Assembly (NCBI GenBank): GCA_963702475.1
Contig: CAVPCT010000005.1
Coordinates: 32,001 to 96,000, forward strand
Source of the DNA: an uncultured Thermoleophilia bacterium
GTDB taxonomy: Bacteria > Actinomycetota > Thermoleophilia > UBA2241
Reading direction: 5' to 3'
Length of the DNA stretch: 64,000 nucleotides
A program made the translations under genes and the position numbers. Positions within the stretch are counted from its first letter, which is position 1, and each line of letters begins with the position of its first letter. Positions 28,089 to 37,421 of this stretch are shown one piece after another. The notes under the pieces are model-generated. The model saw nothing but the letters and a program-made list of their open reading frames with translations. It made no database searches and was not told where the DNA came from.

Positions 28089-29617
28089 ACGTCCGCGCCG
28101 GCGCTGCGGTAGCTGAGGGCCTCGCGCACGTGGACGTCGGTGACCTCGCCGCTGCCCTCGAGGTCGGCGATGGTCTGGGCCATCTTGAGCACCCTGTCGC
28201 AGGCGCGAGCGCTCAGATGCAGACGCTCGTAGGCTCGATCGAGCGCGACGGTCGCGTCGGGCTGAAGCCGGCAGTAGCGGCGCAGATGCCGCGAGGTCAT
28301 GTGGGCATTGGCGTACGCCCCCGTTCCCGCGAGCCTGGCGAGCTGGCGCTCGCGCGCCGCGACCACGCGTTCACGCACCGCAGCCGACGGCTCCTGGCGG
28401 TGAGCCGCCCGGCGCTCTACCGGAGGCACACGGGGCACGGCGACGCGCAGATCGATACGGTCCAGCAGCGGGCCGCTGAGCCGCGATGCGTACTGCCGCA
28501 CGCGGTGAGGGGGGCACGTGCACTCCCTGCCCCCGTCGCCGCGGTACCCGCAGGGGCACGGGTTCATGGCGGCGACCAGCATGAGCCTGGCCGGGAAGGT
28601 GAGGGAGACCAGGCGCCGGCTGATGGTGACCTCGCCATCCTCGAGCGGCTGCCGCAAACCCTCGAGGGCGGAGAGCCGGAACTCGGGGAACTCATCGAGG
28701 AACAGCACGCCGAGGTGGGCGAGGCTGACCTCGCCGGGGCGCGGCGTGCCACCGCCGCCGACGAGGCCCGGCGAGGAGATGCTGTGGTGCGGCGCCCGAA
28801 ACGGACGCGCGGTGACCAGCGGCGCGCCGGGAGGAAGCATCCCCGCCACGCTGTAGACGCGGGTGACGTCGACGGCCTCGTCCAGCGACAGGGGGGGCAT
28901 GATGGTCGGCAGGCGCCGGGCGAGCATGGTCTTGCCCGCACCCGGCGGACCGGACATGAGCACGTTGTGGGCGCCGGCGACCGCCACCTCGAGCGCCCGC
29001 TTGACCTGGCCCTGCCCGACGATGTCGGCGAGATCGGCGCCGCCGACGGAAGCCGACGACAGGAGAGCGGTGGGATCGGCCGGCGCGGCGGTCTCGGCGC
29101 CACCCGCCGCCAGCTGGCGCACGGCGTCCTGCAGCGTTCGTGCCGGGTAGACCTCGAGGCCCGGCACCAGCGCAGCCTCCGCCGCGTTACCGGCCGGGAG
29201 GATGACGCCGCGGACGCCGCGTCGCCGCAGGCTCTCGGCGAGCACGAGCGCGCCGGCGACGGGGCGCACCGACCCGTCGAGCCCGAGCTCGCCGAGCGCG
29301 GCGAGCGGCCCGCGCCCGTCGCACCCGTCCTCCGCCTGCCCGGTCGCCAGCAGGAACGCCAGGGCGATGGGAAGGTCGAACGACGGACCCTCCTTACGCA
29401 GGTCGGCGGGCGCCAGGTTCACCGTCAGGCGGCGCGAAGGGAACTTGTACGCGGAATTGACGATGGCGGCGCGCACGCGCTCCCTGCTCTCCTGCACCGC
29501 CGCGTCGGGGAGTCCGACGATGCTGAAGGCAGGAGCGGCGGCGACCACGTCGGCCTCCACGCGCACGGGGTGCCCGTCCAGGCCGCTCAGCGCCTCGCTG
29601 GCAACGCTCGCGAGCAT
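28082..29617 (-). CDS. comM: YifB/ComM Mg-chelatase-like AAA+ ATPase
   Basis: VGLPDAAVQES, NLAPADLRKEG, GPPGAGKT, PFRAPHH, LFLDE, NPCPCG. Confidence 0.92.
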   Translation of the reverse strand: MLASVASEALSGLDGHPVRVEADVVAAAPAFSIVGLPDAAVQESRERVRAAIVNSAYKFPSRRLTVNLAPADLRKEGPSFDLPIALAFLLATGQAEDGCDGRGPLAALGELGLDGSVRPVAGALVLAESLRRRGVRGVILPAGNAAEAALVPGLEVYPARTLQDAVRQLAAGGAETAAPADPTALLSSASVGGADLADIVGQGQVKRALEVAVAGAHNVLMSGPPGAGKTMLARRLPTIMPPLSLDEAVDVTRVYSVAGMLPPGAPLVTARPFRAPHHSISSPGLVGGGGTPRPGEVSLAHLGVLFLDEFPEFRLSALEGLRQPLEDGEVTISRRLVSLTFPARLMLVAAMNPCPCGYRGDGGRECTCPPHRVRQYASRLSGPLLDRIDLRVAVPRVPPVERRAAHRQEPSAAVRERVVAARERQLARLAGTGAYANAHMTSRHLRRYCRLQPDATVALDRAYERLHLSARACDRVLKMAQTIADLEGSGEVTDVHVREALSYRSAGADVW

Positions 29618-29621
29618 CCCG

Positions 29622-29996
29622 TCACCGATCCCCGGTGAAGGCGGCCGGCAGGTGCCGCACCGAGACGGGTGCGACGGTGGCGTCGACGGCGACGATGTCG
29701 TACCGCACGTCGGTGACGCCGTTCAACGCCCACGGGCGCAGCGCCAGCCACAGGCCGGCGAGCCGCGCGACCTGCCGCCGCTTGCGAGGGGTCACGGCGT
29801 CTTCGGGTGCGCCGGCCCGGGCCGAACGGCGCGCCTTGACCTCCACGAAGGCCAGCACCGGTCCGCGCCGGACGATGAGATCCAGCTCGCCGCGGCCGAT
29901 GCGCACGTTGCGGCCGAGCAGGCGCCACCCGCGCCTCTCGAGATACCGGGCCGCAGCCTCTTCGGCCGCGCGGCCGAACTGTTGCTGTTCGTTCAT
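29622..29996 (-). CDS. YraN family (UPF0102) nuclease-like protein
   Basis: G..AE..A..YL, GELDLI, FVEVK, RYD; TACCGT 7 nt before ATG suggests a leaderless transcript. Confidence 0.88.
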   Translation of the reverse strand: MNEQQQFGRAAEEAAARYLERRGWRLLGRNVRIGRGELDLIVRRGPVLAFVEVKARRSARAGAPEDAVTPRKRRQVARLAGLWLALRPWALNGVTDVRYDIVAVDATVAPVSVRHLPAAFTGDR

Positions 29997-30122
29997 GACG
30001 GCCACGGTACCGCGGCGGGCGACGCCGGCCGAGGGTGCCGATAGCGGGTGAGCGGTGACGTTCGCCAACGTCCACCCACCGCACCCCCGACCCACCCGGC
30101 GCCGGCCACACCCCGCGGCGAG

Positions 30123-30800
30123 TCAGCCCCCGGCGATGTCGCCCCTCGCCTCGCTCCCCCCTGCCTCGGCCAGCAGGTCGAGCTGGCGGTACGCCACTGA
30201 GGCGAAGGACAGGCGGTGCAACTCGCAGACCCCGTGCGTCTCGATGGCCTCTCTGTGCACCGCCGTGGCGTAGCCGACGTGGCGGTCGAAGCCGTACGCC
30301 GGATACCGCTCGTGCAGCCGCAGCATCACCCTGTCGCGGGTGACCTTGGCGACGACAGAGGCGGCGGCGACGGCCGCGGACTTGCCGTCGCCGCCGACCA
30401 CCGCCCGGTGCTCTCCCGCGTACCCGGGGAGGCGGAAGCCGTCGACGAGGCACAGTGCCGGACGCGGGCACAGGGCGTCGAGGGCGGCGCCGAGCCCGTC
30501 CAGGTTGCAGCGGTGCAGGCCTCGCCTGTCGATGGTCGCCGGAGAGCAGCTCACGACGGTCACCTGCCGGGCGCGCCGCACGATCTCACCGTACAGCTCC
30601 TCGCGCCGCTCGCGGGTAAGCTTCTTGGAATCGTCAAGGGCCTGGAGCGCGGCGAAGTCGCCGTCGTCCAGGACCGCGTAGTCGAGACAGACGGCCGCCG
30701 TGACCAGCGGGCCGGCCAGACAGCCGCGGCCCGCCTCGTCGGCGCCGGCCACGGTGACGCGGCCGGCGAGCACGAGGTCGAAGGCGAACCGCTGGTTCAC
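30123..30800 (-). CDS. rnhB: Ribonuclease HII
   Basis: DEAGRGCLAGP, DSKKL, VDG, AAASVVAKV.RD, HRLSF. Confidence 0.95.
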   Translation of the reverse strand: MNQRFAFDLVLAGRVTVAGADEAGRGCLAGPLVTAAVCLDYAVLDDGDFAALQALDDSKKLTRERREELYGEIVRRARQVTVVSCSPATIDRRGLHRCNLDGLGAALDALCPRPALCLVDGFRLPGYAGEHRAVVGGDGKSAAVAAASVVAKVTRDRVMLRLHERYPAYGFDRHVGYATAVHREAIETHGVCELHRLSFASVAYRQLDLLAEAGGSEARGDIAGG

Positions 30801-30900
30801 ACGCGTGCGCCGGCGCGAAGCCGTCAGGCGGCCCCGCCGCGCCCCGTCCGCGCGCCGCGCACACGGCGGGCGAGCGGCACACGAAGGGCGCCGCGGCGCA

Positions 30901-31479
30901 TCAGTCGATGCCGCCGATGCTGCCCGGCGGCCAGTACTTGGCGAAGGCACGGCCCACGAACTGCCCCCGCTCCACAGGCCCGAACTCGCGACTGTCGCCG
31001 CTGTCGGTGCGGTTGTCGCCCATCACGAAGTACGTGCCATCGGGTACGAGGTACGGGCTCTGCAGCGACCACGGGAGCCCGTTGGTGAACGGCTGGCTGG
31101 GCACCTGCTGGCCGTTGATGACGCGCACGTAGGGTTCGTCGAGGAGCTTGTCGTTGATGTACACCGAACCGTCGCGGAGCGAGATCACGTCGCCGGGCAG
31201 GCCGACGATGCGCTTGATGAGCACGGGCCCGTCGAACGGCGGGTGGAAGACGACGATGTCGCCGCGCTGAGGCTCGGAGAACCGCCAGGAGATGCGGTCG
31301 ACGAGCACGCGGTCGCCGATGAGGAGCGTGTCCTCCATCGAGGCCGACGGGATCCGGTACGGCTTGACGAGGAACTGCTGGATGAGCAGCGCCACGGCGA
31401 TGGCCACGACCGCAAGGATCACGTACTCGAGGATGGTGCGGGTGGTGGACGACCGCTTGCCCTTGTCTGCCTTGCCCAT
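30901..31479 (-). CDS. lepB: Signal peptidase I
   Basis: IPSASM, RGDIVVF, IKRIVG, GDNR..S.DSR. Confidence 0.93.
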   Translation of the reverse strand: MGKADKGKRSSTTRTILEYVILAVVAIAVALLIQQFLVKPYRIPSASMEDTLLIGDRVLVDRISWRFSEPQRGDIVVFHPPFDGPVLIKRIVGLPGDVISLRDGSVYINDKLLDEPYVRVINGQQVPSQPFTNGLPWSLQSPYLVPDGTYFVMGDNRTDSGDSREFGPVERGQFVGRAFAKYWPPGSIGGID

Positions 31480-31509
31480 GCTCTCCTTCGCAGGTCTCGC
31501 GGGAGTGTA

Positions 31510-32058
31510 TCAGAGGGTGTGGAGCCGCGAGAGCGGCCAGTAGGTGACGAACGCCTCGCCGATGATGTCGCGGCGCGGGGCCGGACCCCAGTCGCGGCTG
31601 TCGTCGCTCACCGTCCGGTTGTCTCCCATCAGGAAGTAGTGACCCTCCGGGACCCGGTACGGTTCCTCGAGCGACCACGGCTCCCCCGTCCCCCGGAACG
31701 GTTCGGTGGGTTCCTGGCGTCCGTCCACGCGGCGCACGTACGGCTCGCGGAGCCGCTTGCCGTCGATGTACACGCGTCCACGGCGCAGGGAGATGACGTC
31801 GCCCGGCATGCCCACGATGCGCTTGATGAGCACGTGCCCGAGGGCGGTGCAGTCGAAGACCACGATGTCGCCGCGCCGGGGCCCGTGCAGCTTGTACACC
31901 ACGCGGTTGACCAACACCCTGTCCTGGGGCACGAGCGTGGCCGCCATGGACTCTGACGGGATGCGGTACGGCTTGACGATGTACGCCTGGAGCAGGAGGG
32001 CCACGGCCACGGCGCCCAGGGCGACGAGGACGTACTCCGCGAGGGTACGGGGCTTCAC
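31510..32058 (-). CDS. lepB: Signal peptidase I
   Basis: IPSESM, IKRIVG, GDNRTVSDDSR. Confidence 0.92.
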   Translation of the reverse strand: MKPRTLAEYVLVALGAVAVALLLQAYIVKPYRIPSESMAATLVPQDRVLVNRVVYKLHGPRRGDIVVFDCTALGHVLIKRIVGMPGDVISLRRGRVYIDGKRLREPYVRRVDGRQEPTEPFRGTGEPWSLEEPYRVPEGHYFLMGDNRTVSDDSRDWGPAPRRDIIGEAFVTYWPLSRLHTL

Positions 32059-32071
32059 CGCACGGCCGCCG

Positions 32072-32638
32072 TCACAGGGACGACCAACGCCGTGGCGGCC
32101 AGTACAACAGGAACCCCTCGCCGATGACCGCGCTGCGCGGCACCACGCCCCAGTCGCGACTGTCGTCGCTGTCGGTGCGGTTGTCGCCCATGACGAAGTA
32201 GCTGTGGGGCGGCACGGTGTAGGGGGACGCGAGCGACCACGGCTTCGGCATGGTGGAGCCGTCCATGGGTCCCATGGCGAGCGTGGGGTCCAGCGAACCG
32301 CCGGTGCGGTGCACGTACGGCTCGCTGGTGCGCCTGCCGTTGACGTACAGCCGGCCTTCCTTGACCTGCAGCACGTCGCCGGGCGCGCCGACGACGCGCT
32401 TGATGAACACCACCGAGGGATCGCGGGGGAAGCGGAAGACCAGCACATCGCCGCGCTGCGGGTCGCGCAGGTGGTAGACCACGCGGTTCACGAGCACGCG
32501 ATCGCCCGGACGCAGCGTGCTCGCCATGGAGGCCGAGGGGATGCGGTACGGCTTGACCGCGTAGGCCTGCACGGCGAGCGCCAGTGCGATGGCGACGACG
32601 GCGACGAGGCCGTAGTCGAGGAGTCTGCCGCGTCTCAA
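32072..32638 (-). CDS. lepB: Signal peptidase I
   Basis: IPSASM, IKRVVG, GDNRTDSDDSR. Confidence 0.92.
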   Translation of the reverse strand: MRRGRLLDYGLVAVVAIALALAVQAYAVKPYRIPSASMASTLRPGDRVLVNRVVYHLRDPQRGDVLVFRFPRDPSVVFIKRVVGAPGDVLQVKEGRLYVNGRRTSEPYVHRTGGSLDPTLAMGPMDGSTMPKPWSLASPYTVPPHSYFVMGDNRTDSDDSRDWGVVPRSAVIGEGFLLYWPPRRWSSL

Positions 32639-32669
32639 GGCTCCGGAGCGGAGGTCCGGGCCGCGCGGC

Positions 32670-33014
32670 CTAGCGCTGCTTCTCGCGGACGCGGGCCTGC
32701 TTGCCGACCTTCTGGCGCAGGTAGTACAGCTTGGCGCGGCGGACGTCGCCGATCTGCGTGACCTCGATCTTGTCGATCTTCGGTGAATGCAGCGGGAACG
32801 TACGCTCGACCCCTACGCCGAAGGACTGCTTGCGGACGGTGAAGGTCTCACGCACACCCTGTCCCTGGCGCTTGATGACCGTGCCCTGGAAGACCTGGAT
32901 GCGGTGGCGCGTGCCCTCGATGACCTTGAAGTGCACCTTCACGTTGTCGCCGGCCTTGAACTGCGGGATGTCATCGCGCAGCTGCTGGCGCTCGATGTTC
33001 TCAATGATGTTCAC
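32670..33014 (-). CDS. rplS: 50S ribosomal protein L19
   Basis: [31 protein letters not shown]. Confidence 0.97.
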   Translation of the reverse strand: MNIIENIERQQLRDDIPQFKAGDNVKVHFKVIEGTRHRIQVFQGTVIKRQGQGVRETFTVRKQSFGVGVERTFPLHSPKIDKIEVTQIGDVRRAKLYYLRQKVGKQARVREKQR

Positions 33015-33045
33015 GGATCCTCTTTCCCAGCCAAAACCGGCGGAC

Positions 33046-33054
33046 ACTATAGCA
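33046..33054 (-). promoter_or_regulatory. Extended -10 promoter of rplS
   Basis: TGcTATAGT 31 nt upstream of the start. Confidence 0.55.
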
Positions 33055-33108
33055 GGAGGGCCCAGACGACGCAAAACGCGCGGCGCCCGCGGGCCGTGAA
33101 GCGTTATC

Positions 33109-33768
33109 TTACCGTCTTTCGACCTGCTCTGCTCGCCAATGGGCTATGGCGCCGTGGTCGCCGCTGAGGAGGATCTCGGGCACGCTCCAGCCGCGGAACT
33201 CGGCCGGCCTCGTGTACTGCGGGTACTCGGCCCCGCCCTCGAGCTCGCCCGAGTGTGACTCGCTGACGACGCTCTCGGGGTTGCTGACGGCGCCGGGCAG
33301 CTTGCGCACCACGGCGTCGAGCACGGCCATGGCGGCGACCTCGCCGCCGGTGAGCACGTAGGGGCCGATGGAGACGCGGTCGCTCACCAGGTGCGCGACG
33401 CGCTCGTCGATGCCCTCGTAGCGACCGCAGAGAAGCACGAGGTCCTGCCCGGCCAGCTCGGCCGCCAGGGCGTCGTCGAGCTGCCGCCCCTTGGGCGTGA
33501 GCTCGACGACCCGGCGGCCCTCCTTGACGAGCTCGGCCGCGACGCCGAAGGCGGCCTCCACGGCGGCGCAGACGACGTCGATGCGCAACACCATCCCGGC
33601 GCCGCCGCCGTACGGCGTGTCGTCGACCTGCAAGTGCTTGAGCGGCGTGTGGTCACGGTAGTTGGTGAGCCTGAACGCGTGACCGAGCTCGACCGCGTTG
33701 CGGATGTGCACCTGCGAGAGATACCACTCGAAGGCCTGCGGGAAGAGCGTGAAGACGTCGAACCTCAC
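33109..33768 (-). CDS. trmD: tRNA (guanine37-N1)-methyltransferase
   Basis: [35 protein letters not shown]. Confidence 0.95.
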   Translation of the reverse strand: MRFDVFTLFPQAFEWYLSQVHIRNAVELGHAFRLTNYRDHTPLKHLQVDDTPYGGGAGMVLRIDVVCAAVEAAFGVAAELVKEGRRVVELTPKGRQLDDALAAELAGQDLVLLCGRYEGIDERVAHLVSDRVSIGPYVLTGGEVAAMAVLDAVVRKLPGAVSNPESVVSESHSGELEGGAEYPQYTRPAEFRGWSVPEILLSGDHGAIAHWRAEQVERR

Positions 33769-34328
33769 GCCGGGGCCTCCTGCGCAGCCCCGGCGTCACC
33801 GGGCTCGTCGAGGAGGCCGTCCACGACGCGAAGCACCGGCTCATCCCCCCCGTCGTCGAGCGACACGAGCTCGTCCACGAGCGGCACAAGCACTCCGGCG
33901 CCGTCGGGCGCCCGCACCTGCAGCACCTCGTGGACGGGCGTCTCCAGCACGTCGTCGACGACGCCCAGTGGCCGCCCCGACGCGGTCTCGACGCGCAACC
34001 CCAGCAGATCGCCGACCACGTAGTGCGGCTCGGCGTCGAGCGCGCCCCCCGCCGCAAGCAGCTCACATCCCTGGAGCCCGCACGCGGCCTCTCGCGTGCG
34101 GGCGATGTCCAGGCGCACGAGCGGGCGCGCGTCGGTGCCCCCGGCGCGCCGCACCCTGCAAGGCACGAGAGTCTCGGCGACGCCGGGTGCGGCGGGGCGC
34201 GCCACGAAGAACTCCGCGCCCCGATCCAGGCGGCCGAGGCCGTCCACGGCGAGGTTGAGGTACAGCTCACCGTGGAGGCCGTGCACCTTGCCCAGGGTGC
34301 CGCAGGCCCAGAGGCCGCGGCGGCTCAC
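33765..34328 (-). CDS. rimM: Ribosome maturation factor RimM
   Basis: G...KVHGL.GE, DLLGL.V, LVP; operon position. Confidence 0.85.
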   Translation of the reverse strand: MSRRGLWACGTLGKVHGLHGELYLNLAVDGLGRLDRGAEFFVARPAAPGVAETLVPCRVRRAGGTDARPLVRLDIARTREAACGLQGCELLAAGGALDAEPHYVVGDLLGLRVETASGRPLGVVDDVLETPVHEVLQVRAPDGAGVLVPLVDELVSLDDGGDEPVLRVVDGLLDEPGDAGAAQEAPA

Positions 34329-34350
34329 GGCGCGGCCCCCCGCACGCGGC

Positions 34351-34380
34351 TGCGGGGCGGCGTGGTCACGCCGCCCCGCA
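34351..34380. repeat. Perfect 14-bp inverted repeat between khpA and rimM
   Basis: tgcggggcggcgtg-gt-cacgccgccccgca. Confidence 0.85.
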
Positions 34381-34388
34381 CATCAAGC

Positions 34389-34622
34389 CTAATCCACAAT
34401 TTCCACGATGGCACGCTTGCCGTCGCGGACCGCCGAGGCTTTGACGATGGTCCGGACAGCACGAGCGATGCGCCCCTGCTTCCCGATGACCTTGCCTACG
34501 TCGTCCTTGGCCACCGACAGCTCCAACACCACTGTCGTATCGGTCTCGGTGACCTCGACCCGGACCTCGTCCGGGTGATCCACCAACGACCTGGCCAGGT
34601 GTTCCAGCAAGTCCTTCAACAT
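34389..34622 (-). CDS. khpA: KH-domain RNA-binding protein KhpA
   Basis: LVDHPDEV, GKVIGKQGR.A.AVR. Confidence 0.92.
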   Translation of the reverse strand: MLKDLLEHLARSLVDHPDEVRVEVTETDTTVVLELSVAKDDVGKVIGKQGRIARAVRTIVKASAVRDGKRAIVEIVD

Positions 34623-34671
34623 CCCACCTCACCCCTCTGCTGCCTTCGGGAAGGACGTTTCGCTGTACCTC

Positions 34672-34914
34672 CTACGCGATGCCCCTGATCTTCAAGAGTT
34701 TCTGCACCGTGCGCGAGGGCTGGACTCCCTTGGCGAGCCACTCCTTGGCCTTGTCGGCGTCGATCTCGATGAGCGACGGCTCGGTGCGCGGGTTGTACTG
34801 GCCGATGGTCTCGATGGCGCGGCCGTCGCGACGGGCGCGGGAATCGACGACGACGATGCGGTAGATGGGGTTCTTGGTGCTCCCCACCCGCGTCAGTCTC
34901 ATGCGTACTGCCAC
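34672..34914 (-). CDS. rpsP: 30S ribosomal protein S16
   Basis: RL.R.G....P.YRIVV.DSR..RDG..IE.IG.YNP. Confidence 0.97.
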   Translation of the reverse strand: MAVRMRLTRVGSTKNPIYRIVVVDSRARRDGRAIETIGQYNPRTEPSLIEIDADKAKEWLAKGVQPSRTVQKLLKIRGIA

Positions 34915-35024
34915 CTGTTGTTCACCCCCTCAGGGTCGGTCGAACGGCGCGCTGCGCCGCAACGGGGCGACAGCGGTGACGAAGTCCGCGCGACCGCGTG
35001 GCCGGGTCGCGAGGACAGCCTAGT

Positions 35025-36356
35025 CTACCCGCTCATGCCGGGCAGGCGAAACCCGCGCGGCATCTTGCCGCCCGAGAACATCTTGAGCATCTTCTGCATC
35101 TCACGGTATTGCTTGAGCAGCAGGTTGACGTCCTGGATGCTGGTGCCGCTGCCCGCCGCTATGCGGCGGCGCCGGCTGCCGTCGATGACGTCGGGGTGCC
35201 TGCGCTCCTGCGGGGTCATGGAGAAGATCATGGCCTCGATGCGGTCGAGCTGCCTGTCGTCCACCTGGACGTTCTTGAGATCCTTCATGCCGGGCACGCC
35301 GGGCAACATGCCGAGAATGCTGGAGAGCGACCCCATCTTGCGCACCTGTTTGAGCTGGTCGAGGAAGTCCTCGAACGTGAACTCCGCGCGGCGGAGCTTG
35401 GCCTCGATCTCCGCGGCCTCTTTGGCGTCGAGGCTGGCCTCGGCCTTCTCGATGAGGCTGAGCACGTCGCCCATGCCCAGGATACGGCTGGCCATGCGGT
35501 CGGGGTGGAACACGTCGAAGTCGTCGAGCTTCTCCCCGGTGCTGGCGAACTTGATGGGCTTACCGGTGACGGCACGCACGCTGAGGGCGGCGCCGCCGCG
35601 GGCGTCGCCGTCGAGCTTGGTAAGCACCACGCCGTCCAGGTCGACGTGGCCGCGGAAGGCGTCGGCGGCGTTGACGGCGTCCTGGCCGGTCATGGCGTCG
35701 ACGACGAGAAGGACGTTGTGCGGCTTCACCGCGTCGCGGATGTTGACGAGCTCGGCCATGAGCTCCTCGTCCACGTGCAGGCGGCCGGCCGTGTCGATGA
35801 TGGCGACGTCGCCGTGGGCGCGCGCGTAGGCGACGCCGTCGCGCGCGATATCGACCGGATCCACGTGGGCTCCGGGCGCGTAGCAGGGCACGCCCACGCG
35901 CCCGGCCAGCGTCTGCAGCTGGTCGATGGCCGCCGGCCGGTACACGTCGGCGGCGATGAGCACCGGCTGCTTGCCGTCCTTCTTCAGGAGCTTGGCGAGC
36001 TTGGCGCAGGTGGTGGTCTTGCCGGAGCCCTGCAGGCCGGCCATCAGGACGACGGTGGGCGGATGGCCGCTGAACGCCAGCTTGGAGTCGCCACTACCCA
36101 TGAGCGCGACGAGCTCCTCGTTGACGATCTTCACGACCTGCTGCGCCGGCGTGAGGCTCTCCATGACCTCGGCGCCCAGAGCGCGCTCCTTGACGTGCGC
36201 CACGAACTCGCGCACCACCTTGAAATTGACGTCCGCCTCCAGCAGGGCGAGACGGATCTCGCGCATGGCGGCGTCGATGTCCTCGGCGGTGAGCTTGCCG
36301 TGGCCCCGGAGACCCTGCATCACGCCTTGGAGGCGATCGGTGAGCGACTCGAACAT
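35025..36356 (-). CDS. ffh: Signal recognition particle protein
   Basis: ALLEADV, GLQGSGKTT, DTAGR, TKLDGDARGG, M domain. Confidence 0.97.
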   Translation of the reverse strand: MFESLTDRLQGVMQGLRGHGKLTAEDIDAAMREIRLALLEADVNFKVVREFVAHVKERALGAEVMESLTPAQQVVKIVNEELVALMGSGDSKLAFSGHPPTVVLMAGLQGSGKTTTCAKLAKLLKKDGKQPVLIAADVYRPAAIDQLQTLAGRVGVPCYAPGAHVDPVDIARDGVAYARAHGDVAIIDTAGRLHVDEELMAELVNIRDAVKPHNVLLVVDAMTGQDAVNAADAFRGHVDLDGVVLTKLDGDARGGAALSVRAVTGKPIKFASTGEKLDDFDVFHPDRMASRILGMGDVLSLIEKAEASLDAKEAAEIEAKLRRAEFTFEDFLDQLKQVRKMGSLSSILGMLPGVPGMKDLKNVQVDDRQLDRIEAMIFSMTPQERRHPDVIDGSRRRRIAAGSGTSIQDVNLLLKQYREMQKMLKMFSGGKMPRGFRLPGMSG

Positions 36357-36387
36357 GCGTGCCTTTCACTCTCGTTCGGGAGGCACC

Positions 36388-36396
36388 ATCGTAGCA
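36388..36396 (-). promoter_or_regulatory. Extended -10 promoter of ffh
   Basis: TGcTACGAT 31 nt upstream of ATG. Confidence 0.5.
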
Positions 36397-36467
36397 CGGG
36401 GGCCTCAGGAACCGCGGTCACCCGGCTGGGCACGGGGGAGGACACAACACCAGGACCCGCCACAGCC

Positions 36468-36716
36468 ATCGAGACGCTCGACAAGAAGCTGCCACGCAAC
36501 CTCTGCGAGCGCGCACCGCTGCCGTGGGAGGCCGCGTTCCTCGCGGGCAAGGCCTTCACGGAGTACCGGCGCGCGGGCGGCGCGCGGTGCTCACCACTCC
36601 CCGACTTCTCTATCGCCATCCACGCGGCGGTGGCGGGCATGAGGCTGCTCACACGCGACGCTACCCGCTACCGCACCTGCTTCCCCACCGTGGAGCTCAT
36701 CGCGCCGGACACCTGA
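36468..36716 (+). pseudogene. C-terminal fragment of a PIN-domain (VapC) toxin
   Basis: LPWEAAFLAGKAF..YRR.GG...SPLPDF.I..HAAV....LLTRD..RYRT.FP; no N-terminal half or start codon. Confidence 0.8.
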
Positions 36717-36752
36717 CGGTCGAGAGTCCGGCGCCGGTCTCACACGGGAGCG

Positions 36753-37385
36753 TCACGAGCCTCCAGACGCCGACGGACCCGCGTCCAGGCCGGCCCGGAC
36801 CAGGAGCGTCATGGCCACCAGTCGGTCGACGACGCGACGGACCGCTGTGAGGCCGACCTCGTCTGCAGCCACACCGGCGGCGCCCTGGTCCCTCGACCAG
36901 AGCGCCGCTCCCAGATTCGCCCCGTAGGCGCCGCCACCGACGGCGACCATCTGGTTGATCAGGAAGAAGTCGTGCATCTGCCGGAGGGCGGACTCCTGTC
37001 CGCCGTTCCGGTCGCCGCCCACCGCTAGGCCGGCGCCGGTCTTGAAGCGCAGAGCAGCGGGGTCGGCCGCGACGACGGCGCGGCAGCGGTCCAGAACGGC
37101 CTTGAGTTGGGCACTCACTCCGCCCTGATAGACCGGCGTCCCGAGGATCACCGCGTCGGCCTCCGCCAAGAGCCCGTACAGCTCCTGCATGTCGTCGCGG
37201 AAGGCGCAGCCCTGCCGCTTGCGCACGCACGCGTCGCAGTGCACGCAGAAGCCGAGGTCCTTGCCGCTGACGGTGAAGTACTCCGTCTCGGCCCCGTGGC
37301 GCTCCCGCGCGTAGTCGAGAGCCTCGTTCACGGCCCGGTGGGTGGCCTTGCGCCGGGGGCTCCCGGAAACCCCGAGGATCCTCAC
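36753..37385 (-). CDS. Flavodoxin-family / iron-sulfur flavoprotein (Isf-like)
   Basis: SGSPR, CVHCDAC-x6-C, DDM, GTPVY, GGDRNGGQE. Confidence 0.85.
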   Translation of the reverse strand: MRILGVSGSPRRKATHRAVNEALDYARERHGAETEYFTVSGKDLGFCVHCDACVRKRQGCAFRDDMQELYGLLAEADAVILGTPVYQGGVSAQLKAVLDRCRAVVAADPAALRFKTGAGLAVGGDRNGGQESALRQMHDFFLINQMVAVGGGAYGANLGAALWSRDQGAAGVAADEVGLTAVRRVVDRLVAMTLLVRAGLDAGPSASGGS

Positions 37386-37421
37386 CGCGGTCGCTCCTCT
37401 TCCCCCTGCTCCGCACGCAGG

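Noticed and set aside
30037-30044. GCCGATAG sigma28-like -10 on the plus strand
   Set aside because: No matching -35, and it points antisense into rnhB
34998-36467. N-terminal part of the 572-aa plus-strand ORF
   Set aside because: Antisense to ffh; only the final ~80 codons (VapC remnant) look like real coding sequence
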